A DNA stretch of 64,000 nt, from NCBI GenBank assembly GCA_964603525.1, contig CAZRVI010000001.1, positions 749 to 64,748 of the forward strand. The letters are read 5' to 3'. The DNA is from Candidatus Woesearchaeota archaeon. Its GTDB lineage: Archaea > Nanobdellota > Nanobdellia > SCGC-AAA011-G17 > JACPIM01. The position numbers were made by a program, and so were the translations under genes. The notes beneath the pieces are model-generated. The model worked only from the letters and a program-made list of their open reading frames with translations. It was not told the DNA's origin and made no database searches. Positions 57,169 to 64,000 of the stretch are shown here, piece after piece (position 1 is the stretch's first letter; the number at the start of each line of letters is the position of its first letter).

Positions 57169-57924
57169 TTATTTAACTTCTTTATAATAATAGAAAATAA
57201 TTAAAGCGATTATTGAGAATATTACTGCGATTGTTGTTGCTGTAAGGGCGTTAATGAAGTGGAGTAGTATTGTTGTTATTAAGATGAATGCTAATCCGAA
57301 TATATATAGGTTTTTAGAGCCGAAAAATATTTTGCAACCTGCTATTCCTGGTAGAGGCACCATATAAGAGATTGCAATAAAGGAATTAACGATAATTAAA
57401 GGATAAAATATGTTTTTGTTAATCAGAGCTAATATTATTGCAAAAGCGATATTAGCTAGTGGTCCAGACAAAGCTATTTTTGCTGTTTCGTATTCCGTTA
57501 GTTGTGTATATTTTCTTCCTATCCTATAAGCAGGGATTATTTTTGTTGTAAATGAAAGTGATGCGGCGAACAAGATTTGTCCTGTTGAAAATATCGCTAT
57601 GATTATTGGCAGTATAATTCCTGTTGGAAAATAAGGTATTTTATAGTTTAAGATTTTTATTGGGAGTTTTGATGATTTCCAAATTCCGAATCTTTTTGTT
57701 GTCCATAATTTGTAAGAAGATACAGCGCCATATTTTGTACTAAAATATTTTTGTGTTAAGGTATGAATTAATAAAGCTATTAGTGAGAATATTGTAAGTT
57801 TTATGAAATTGGAAAACCAATATAAAAGTTCAAATACATGTTTTTTATCATCAAAACCGAATACAAACCCTGCTACTAAAGCAGCTATTATTAATGTGTT
57901 AATTTCTTTTTTTTGAAATTTAAT
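57169..57924 (-). CDS. Site-2-protease (M50)-like membrane protein with degenerate HExxH, ATT start
   Basis: Frame open to 57930 with no ATG/GTG/TTG above 57573; SD AGGTGA; IHTLTQKY in place of HExxH; IALSGPLANI; MVPLPGIAG. Confidence 0.68.
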   Translation of the reverse strand: MKFQKKEINTLIIAALVAGFVFGFDDKKHVFELLYWFSNFIKLTIFSLIALLIHTLTQKYFSTKYGAVSSYKLWTTKRFGIWKSSKLPIKILNYKIPYFPTGIILPIIIAIFSTGQILFAASLSFTTKIIPAYRIGRKYTQLTEYETAKIALSGPLANIAFAIILALINKNIFYPLIIVNSFIAISYMVPLPGIAGCKIFFGSKNLYIFGLAFILITTILLHFINALTATTIAVIFSIIALIIFYYYKEVK

Positions 57925-58580
57925 TTTAATTCACCTAAGACCTGTTTTTCGTGTCCTGCGCCTATGATTGCAAGTATTTTCTTATTTGGGTATAATATAG
58001 AGAGATTATATAAATTTTTTGCAAGGACTTTGTTTCTATCTTTAACTAGAATTTTATAGAATGATGGATATGATTTTTTAATTTTTTTGAGTAATTTGTT
58101 TACTAGTTTTTGAGAAGGCACTTTTTTTAAATCAAATTTTATTTTGTTCTTTTTTGAAAATAATGATGTAAATATTTCTTTTATAAATGTAAATTTTTCT
58201 TTCCAAGTGATTTCTTTCATTAATCTTTTGATTGTTATTTGAATGTCCTGGTCTATTAAAGCGATTCTTGCTTTTATTTTTTTAGCGAGTTTGATTGCGG
58301 TTTTCATTTCTGATCCGGGTGCAACTCCTGTATATTTTCCTAATTTTTTTTCTATCCATGCACCGATTAAATTAAAGAGAAAGCCCTTGAATCCTAGAGA
58401 TTTAATATCTGAGAATTTAAGTTTCCTAGTTTTGGATAGCAAGGAGGAATATCTTTTTTTATCTAATTCTAAAGCAATTATTTCAGGTTTTATTTCAGTG
58501 ATTTTTTTGGTGACTTCTTTTATGCTTTCAGGTGATATATGAGAGGTTCCTATTATAGATATATTCTTGAATGTTTTCAT
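57891..58580 (-). CDS. TraB/PrgY-domain protein
   Basis: IIGTSHIS, IALELD..R, PGSEM, LIDQDI..T, DRN, IGAGH. Confidence 0.85.
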   Translation of the reverse strand: MKTFKNISIIGTSHISPESIKEVTKKITEIKPEIIALELDKKRYSSLLSKTRKLKFSDIKSLGFKGFLFNLIGAWIEKKLGKYTGVAPGSEMKTAIKLAKKIKARIALIDQDIQITIKRLMKEITWKEKFTFIKEIFTSLFSKKNKIKFDLKKVPSQKLVNKLLKKIKKSYPSFYKILVKDRNKVLAKNLYNLSILYPNKKILAIIGAGHEKQVLGELKLNFKKKKLTH

Positions 58581-58640
58581 TAAGGAATGAAAATATTTAA
58601 ATACTTAAAAAGATTTGCTATTTTAAATTGGAGGTTAAAA

Positions 58641-58913
58641 ATGGTTTTAAATATTAAGAAGATATCTGATGTTTTTAATATGAAAGTTTTTACTGATCAG
58701 GGTGAATATTTTGGTGATGTTGAGGAAACTATATTAACTCTTAATAAAGTTTTTGGATGGAAAGTTAGAGCAACTAAGAATTCTACTTTATCAAGGATTT
58801 TGGGTGGTGCAAAAGGGGTTATAGTACCACATCAGTTGGTTAAAGCTATTGGAAATATTATGATTATTAGTAAAGCAGCTATTCCTAGCTATGAAGAGAA
58901 AGAAGAAGTTTAA
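58641..58913 (+). CDS. PRC-barrel domain protein
   Basis: MKVFTDQGEYFGDVEE...IVPHQLVKAIGNIMII; SD GGAGGT. Confidence 0.82.
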   Translation: MVLNIKKISDVFNMKVFTDQGEYFGDVEETILTLNKVFGWKVRATKNSTLSRILGGAKGVIVPHQLVKAIGNIMIISKAAIPSYEEKEEV

Positions 58914-58960
58914 TTTCTAAATGATAAGATTTATATATTAAAGGAATTCTTTTTATTATT

Positions 58961-59530
58961 ATGGTCTCGCCATTAGGAATAGCTATGAATTTCTTAGAGA
59001 AGTTTGGTTTTTTTGATGTTGTCCTACCTTTTTTGCTTGTATTTACATTGGTTTTTGCTATTCTAGAAAAGACAAAAATACTTGGAACTGAAAAAGTTAA
59101 AGGCGAGGTTGTTCCTAGAAGAAGCATTAATTCCATGGCTGCATTTGCGATAGCAATGTTTGTTACAGCTGCTTCACAAATTGTTGAAATATTAAAACAG
59201 GCATTGCCTATGATAATTTTAGTTTTAATTGCATTAATTAGTTTTATGATGTTGGCTGGAAGTTTGTTAGGGAGTAAAGAATTTAGTTTTGAGAAAAATA
59301 GGGGATGGAAAATATTTTTAACAGTAGTTTTATTTATTTCTATAGTTCTAATATTTATGGGTGTAATAAAACATGAGTCTGGTGATACATGGTTAAAAAT
59401 TGTTTGGGATTATATTGTTGAAAATTGGGCATCTGGTCCTTTGATTTCATCTATTATTTTTTTAGCAGTTATAATTTTAGTTATATATTTCGTTGTAAAA
59501 CCTTCAGGAGGTAAAACAGAAACAGGATAA
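58961..59530 (+). CDS. Membrane protein, paralogue 1
   Basis: GFFDVVLPFLLVFTLVFAILEKTKILG; about 5 TM helices. Confidence 0.75.
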   Translation: MVSPLGIAMNFLEKFGFFDVVLPFLLVFTLVFAILEKTKILGTEKVKGEVVPRRSINSMAAFAIAMFVTAASQIVEILKQALPMIILVLIALISFMMLAGSLLGSKEFSFEKNRGWKIFLTVVLFISIVLIFMGVIKHESGDTWLKIVWDYIVENWASGPLISSIIFLAVIILVIYFVVKPSGGKTETG

Positions 59531-60090
59531 TGGCAATAGATTTTGGTAATGTTTTTATGGAATTAGAAGCAATGGGTTTGTTTGATGTTATGCTGCCTTT
59601 TCTGTTGGTTTTTAGTATAGTGTTTTCTGTTATTAATAAGACAAAGATATTTGGTGATAGAAAAGGAGTGGATGTTGTTGTGGCATTGGTTTTATCTTTT
59701 TTAGCTGTTAGAAGCGAGTTTTTTGTTGGATTAATGAAAAGTTTTTTGCCTAATGTAGCAATGTTTATGATAATAATTTTAATGTTTTTAATGATGCTTG
59801 GGATTTTTGCAGGTGAGAAAAAGGAATGGAAGGGTGTTGCTTTTGGTTTAGGAGCATTTGTTTCATTTATTTTTATTTTATTTTCTTTATTATTTGACTA
59901 TACAGCTAATTATGTTGAATTTCCTTACTGGTTAAGAGATTTGTTTTATGGTATGGATGATAGGACAAAAGGGATTATATTGTTTGTGGGTGTGTTAGTG
60001 ATTGTTATATGGATTGCAACAAGGGAGAAACCTAGTGATGGAAGTGAAGGATGGGTAGATAGATTGCTTAAAGGAATGAGTGGAAAATAA
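59530..60090 (+). CDS. Membrane protein, paralogue 2
   Basis: GLFDVMLPFLLVFSIVFSVINKTKIFG. Confidence 0.75.
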   Translation: MAIDFGNVFMELEAMGLFDVMLPFLLVFSIVFSVINKTKIFGDRKGVDVVVALVLSFLAVRSEFFVGLMKSFLPNVAMFMIIILMFLMMLGIFAGEKKEWKGVAFGLGAFVSFIFILFSLLFDYTANYVEFPYWLRDLFYGMDDRTKGIILFVGVLVIVIWIATREKPSDGSEGWVDRLLKGMSGK

Positions 60091-60098
60091 GATCAAAA

Positions 60099-60629
60099 AT
60101 GGCATCACCATTTGCTTCAGGAGTTGCATCAGAATTTTTGATTACTACTTTTATTTTTATATTTATATTTGCTATTTTATATGCTTTAATTAGCAAAATT
60201 GAATTATTTGGAGAGAATAAAGCTGTTCATGTTTTAATAGCATTTTCTACTTCTTTATTAGTAATATTTATTCCGGAGACTAAAGCATTGATTAATTTTA
60301 TGACTCCTTGGTTTGTGATATTAATAATTTTGATTGTGTTTATGTTATTAGCTGTTATGGCTTTAGGTATAAAACATACAGAGATAACAGATTGGTTGAA
60401 AAATGTGAGTCCTGGTACTACGAGTGCTGTGGTGATTATTGTTTTAATTTTGTTTTTATTCGCTGTTTATAAGGTATTTGGACCTGTTTTTACTATGGCT
60501 GGTCCTGAGGAAACAGGTTTATGGGCTTCTATTACAAGGGTTGTTTTACAACCAAAGGTTTTAGGGGTAATATTTTTGTTGTTGATAGCATCCGCTGTTG
60601 TAAGGTATATTGGATTTAAAGAAAAATAA
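60099..60629 (+). CDS. Membrane protein, paralogue 3
   Basis: FIFIFIFAILYALISKIELFGENK. Confidence 0.72.
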   Translation: MASPFASGVASEFLITTFIFIFIFAILYALISKIELFGENKAVHVLIAFSTSLLVIFIPETKALINFMTPWFVILIILIVFMLLAVMALGIKHTEITDWLKNVSPGTTSAVVIIVLILFLFAVYKVFGPVFTMAGPEETGLWASITRVVLQPKVLGVIFLLLIASAVVRYIGFKEK

Positions 60630-60632
60630 AAA

Positions 60633-61247
60633 TTATTTTTTGAGTTTTGTTGTGAGCCTTTGTAATTCTTTTATGTTTGTTGTTAGTGGTTGTAATATTT
60701 TCTGTAGAGTTTTTTCTATTGCTCTTACATCTGCTCCCACAGATTTTATTGATTTATCGTATTGTGATACTTTTCCTAAAACTGCTTTATTAACTTCTTC
60801 AAATCTATGTTCTAATCTTAAAAGTTCCTGTTTGATGGAAATTATTTCTGTTCTTACTTTTTCTTTCCATAAGTTAATATCACCTATTCCTGCTGTTATT
60901 GTGTTCCATTTTTCTTCTATTATTTGTTCTATTAAAGCTTCTACCTCGTCTTTTCTAATTCTATCTATTGCTGGTGCTGCTGGATATTCTGGGTAGACTG
61001 GTGCTGGAAGAATTTCTTGTTTTGTTGGAACTGGTGAAGGTATTTGTTTCTGTTGAATGTAATCTTCTTCGTATTTTGGTGTTGATACAGGTTTTATTTC
61101 TTCTTTTTCTTTTTCATCTTCAATTTCTGTATAAGTTTTTTCTTGTTCTGGTGTGTATTCTTTAGGAACTTGTTCATCTTGGTCTAAAGCAGAAGCTGTA
61201 TAACCAGAGAGATCATTATTTTTTCTTTTTTGTTGCAAGCTTACCAC
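60633..61247 (-). CDS. Hypothetical protein with acidic/Pro-rich N-terminus and coiled-coil C-terminus
   Basis: VEALIEQIIEEKW...ADVRAIEKTLQKILQPLTTNIKEL; exact start uncertain. Confidence 0.7.
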   Translation of the reverse strand: MVSLQQKRKNNDLSGYTASALDQDEQVPKEYTPEQEKTYTEIEDEKEKEEIKPVSTPKYEEDYIQQKQIPSPVPTKQEILPAPVYPEYPAAPAIDRIRKDEVEALIEQIIEEKWNTITAGIGDINLWKEKVRTEIISIKQELLRLEHRFEEVNKAVLGKVSQYDKSIKSVGADVRAIEKTLQKILQPLTTNIKELQRLTTKLKK

Positions 61248-61605
61248 CTTTTTTTAATTTTTCATCTATTATTTTTTCTATTTCTTCTGATGTTACAAAG
61301 TTTAAGGGGTTCCATAGATTAATATACTTTTCTAAAACTTTAAGATCTTGCTTTGTAGCGAAATCTGATATTTCCTGTACTAATTTTTTTATGGTTTCTT
61401 TAAATGTTGTTAAGACTGTTTTTAAATTTTGTAATTCTTTATTTATTTTTGTGAATTCTTCTGATAGTTTTTTATGAGATTCTATCATATTTTGGTTGAT
61501 TATTAGTAGTCTTTCTGCTAGTAATTCGTATCTATTTTCTAGAGTTCTAACTCTACTGTTTAAGTCAGAAATAAAATATGAAATATCTTGCATTACCTCT
61601 GGCAT
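61216..61605 (-). CDS. Coiled-coil hypothetical protein
   Basis: RVRTLENRY...DLKVLEKYINLWNPLNFVT. Confidence 0.7.
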   Translation of the reverse strand: MPEVMQDISYFISDLNSRVRTLENRYELLAERLLIINQNMIESHKKLSEEFTKINKELQNLKTVLTTFKETIKKLVQEISDFATKQDLKVLEKYINLWNPLNFVTSEEIEKIIDEKLKKGGKLATKKKK

Positions 61606-61701
61606 TTTAATCGAAAAGTATTTAATATTAGTATTATTTTATATTTATTAACTTTGTTATTTGGTAAGGGTTATAGAATTTTGGTTTAGAAAAGAGGGAA
61701 A

Positions 61702-63918
61702 ATGGCTGTTTGTGGTTATGAAATTAGTAGGGAAGGTGAAGAAGAGGTAATGAAGATTGATTGTAATGCTTGTTCTTATGTTCCTTCTTTAGAAAATAAT
61801 GCTATATGTATGATGAGAACTATTGATAAATTATCTGAGGTTCCGAGTGTTTCTAGGATTATTTTTAATCAGAAAAGAAATTATAGTTATAATTATGAGC
61901 AAACTCAATTGTTGGTTGAGATTGCTAATTTATATAATTTTTTAGTAAAACAGAAGAAGATATTAAGTTTAAAGGAATTTGGTTTAGATGAGAAAGCTTT
62001 GGCGAATAAGCATGGTAATATAAGATATTTGGTTTTTGGTTTGTTAAGAAGTGATCCTCTTGGTGCATATGTTGAAGCAAAAAGATTTTTAAGAGAAGCC
62101 AAGATTTCTGGTGAGACAGGAAAGTATTTAGAAATATTAAAGTATATAGTTGAGTTATTAGGTAAAACAAAGTTAGTAGGTTTAGTTAAAGAAAAATTAG
62201 CTGGTTATGTTTTAGGTAATAGAGGGCTGTATTCTGATATTTTTAGAGCAAGTATAACTCCTGATTTTATATATACAAGGTTGATGGCAAGTTTTCCTAG
62301 GGAAGCAGAGCAATTAGAGAGTTATAGTATCAAAGATATTGATATTAATATTTTTAGGATAAAAGAGGATATTAATTATTTGTATCATGTTACACCTCCT
62401 GAATTTAAGATTTCTGAGGATGAATATAAATTATTGTATTTAGCAAGAACTGTTTTAGCTGAACATAAACCTAGGGAGGAAGAATTTTTAGATCCTGAGA
62501 GGATGAGAAAAACTTTTTTGAATATTGGTAGGGATTTACTGCAAGAATTAGCAGATAGCCAGCATATTTCTATTGGTTTTTCTGAGTTGCAGGAATTAAA
62601 TAAGATTTTGGTTAGGTATACTGTTGGTTTTGGGATGTTAGAGGTTTTGTTACAGGATCCTAAAATACAGGATATTACTATAAATTCTCCTGTTGGTAGA
62701 AGTCCTGTATTTATTGTGCATGAGGATTATGGTGAATGCAAAACTAATATTATTCCTAGTGTTCCTGATGTTGAAGGATGGGCAACTAAATTTAGGTTGG
62801 TTTCTGGAAGACCTTTAGATGAAGCTAATCCTGTTTTGGATACAGAGTTAAGTGTTCCTGGAGCAAGAGCAAGAGTTGCAATTATAACTAATCCCTTAAA
62901 TCCTTATGGTCTTGCTTATGCTTTGAGAAGGCATAGAGATAAACCTTGGACTTATCCTTTATTCATTAAAAATAAGATGATTAATTCTTTAGCAGCAGGT
63001 TTAATGAGTTTTTTGATAGGAGGTGGAAGATGTATTTTATTTGCAGGTACTAGGTCAAGTGGAAAAACCTCGATGATGACTGCAAGCATGTTTGAGATTA
63101 TGAATCGGTATAGAATCATTACAGCTGAGGACACCTTGGAGATTCCTAATGAAGCTTTTAGAAAATTAGGTTATAATATACAAAGTATGAAAATGAGATC
63201 CGCTTTAGCTGTTGGGGGTACTGAAGTGCCTGCTGATGAAGCAATAAGAACAAGTTTGAGAATGGGTGATTCAAGTTTGATTGTTGGAGAGATAAGATCA
63301 GAAGAAGCTCGCGCATTATTTGAATCAATGAGGATTGGTGCATTAGCTAATGTGGTTGCAGGAACAATACATGGTGCAAGTCCTTATGCTGTTTTTGATA
63401 GGGTTGTTAATGATTTGGGTGTTCCTAGGACAAGTTTTAAAGCTACTGATGTAATTTTTATTTCAAATCCTATAAAGAGTCCTGATGGGTTGCATAAATG
63501 GAGAAGGGGTTTACAAATTGCTGAAGTAAGAAAGCACTGGGAGGAAGATCCATTAAGAGAAAAAGGTTTTGTGGATTTGATGTTATATGATCCAAAAACT
63601 GATGAGTTGAAGGTTACAGATGATTTAAAAAATGGAGAGAGCGAGGTTATAAAAGAAATTGCTGGGAATATAAAGGAATGGGCTGGCAATTGGGATGCTG
63701 TATGGGAAAATATTTTGTTAAGAGCAAAAATAAAACAGACTTTGGTTGATTATGCTAATAAGATAAATAATTTTGAGATTTTAGAAGCACCTTTTGTTGT
63801 TAAATGCAATAATATGTTTCATAGAATAAGTGATGGAGTAAGAGAAGAAGTTGGTGCTTTAGATAGCAAAATGATTTTTAAGAAATGGAATGAGTGGTTA
63901 AAAAAGGAAATTAAATGA
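61702..63918 (+). CDS. Type II/IV secretion or type IV pilus ATPase (VirB11/TadA/FlaI family)
   Basis: LLQDPKIQDI, AGTRSSGKT, TAEDTLE, LRMG...IVGEIRSEEA, GTIHG. Confidence 0.92.
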   Translation: MAVCGYEISREGEEEVMKIDCNACSYVPSLENNAICMMRTIDKLSEVPSVSRIIFNQKRNYSYNYEQTQLLVEIANLYNFLVKQKKILSLKEFGLDEKALANKHGNIRYLVFGLLRSDPLGAYVEAKRFLREAKISGETGKYLEILKYIVELLGKTKLVGLVKEKLAGYVLGNRGLYSDIFRASITPDFIYTRLMASFPREAEQLESYSIKDIDINIFRIKEDINYLYHVTPPEFKISEDEYKLLYLARTVLAEHKPREEEFLDPERMRKTFLNIGRDLLQELADSQHISIGFSELQELNKILVRYTVGFGMLEVLLQDPKIQDITINSPVGRSPVFIVHEDYGECKTNIIPSVPDVEGWATKFRLVSGRPLDEANPVLDTELSVPGARARVAIITNPLNPYGLAYALRRHRDKPWTYPLFIKNKMINSLAAGLMSFLIGGGRCILFAGTRSSGKTSMMTASMFEIMNRYRIITAEDTLEIPNEAFRKLGYNIQSMKMRSALAVGGTEVPADEAIRTSLRMGDSSLIVGEIRSEEARALFESMRIGALANVVAGTIHGASPYAVFDRVVNDLGVPRTSFKATDVIFISNPIKSPDGLHKWRRGLQIAEVRKHWEEDPLREKGFVDLMLYDPKTDELKVTDDLKNGESEVIKEIAGNIKEWAGNWDAVWENILLRAKIKQTLVDYANKINNFEILEAPFVVKCNNMFHRISDGVREEVGALDSKMIFKKWNEWLKKEIK

Positions 63919-64000
63919 AAAAAGGAACAGAGGAAAGGATAAGAGAAATTTTAAGTAAATATAAAAAAGAATTAAGTAAAAGAATAAGTTTAGAGGCTTT
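63915..64000 (+). CDS. Partial ORF, possibly the TadC/FlaJ-type platform protein
   Basis: ATGA overlap with the ATPase stop; MKKGTEERIREILSKYK... runs off the window; identity from context only. Confidence 0.4.
   Translation, partial: MKKGTEERIREILSKYKKELSKRISLEA

Noticed and set aside
1..64000. Alternative genetic code or a GC-skew switch at the origin
   Set aside because: Core genes translate full length with the standard code; skew cannot be measured reliably by eye, so no claim is made.

Overview
AT-rich archaeal chromosome segment, most consistent with a DPANN/Nanobdellota (Woesearchaeota/Pacearchaeota-like) genome. It is densely packed with informational genes: MetRS, SerRS, TyrRS, IleRS, RFC, FEN1, PolB, PolD, Cdc6, MCM, RPA, TBP, TopoI, TopoVI, a split Hef, Cdc48, LonB, and a type IV pilus/secretion ATPase locus at the right end. 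A candidate replication origin (inverted ORB-like boxes around an AT-rich tract, about 29.0-29.4 kb) lies upstream of cdc6-DP1-DP2. Main highlights: (i) three multi-intron tRNAs, including a tRNA-Asn(GTT) that needs four introns removed; (ii) an origin-proximal cluster with an ATT-initiated XerA, a nearly perfect loxP-like 28-bp dif site, and coiled-coil/winged-helix proteins sharing an 'SFxxIK' motif, one carrying TGAT iteron-like repeats both inside and upstream of its gene; (iii) a PolB with His at the steric gate and an altered motif B; (iv) a membrane-anchored SleB-type peptidoglycan hydrolase in an archaeon; (v) a mini-intein in the P-loop of a HerA-like ATPase; (vi) an 80-bp perfect internal duplication in cdc48; (vii) a free-standing LAGLIDADG-like gene with a divergent small RHH-like ORF next to a frameshifted TctA gene. 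All calls come from reading the sequence by eye; no searches were run.
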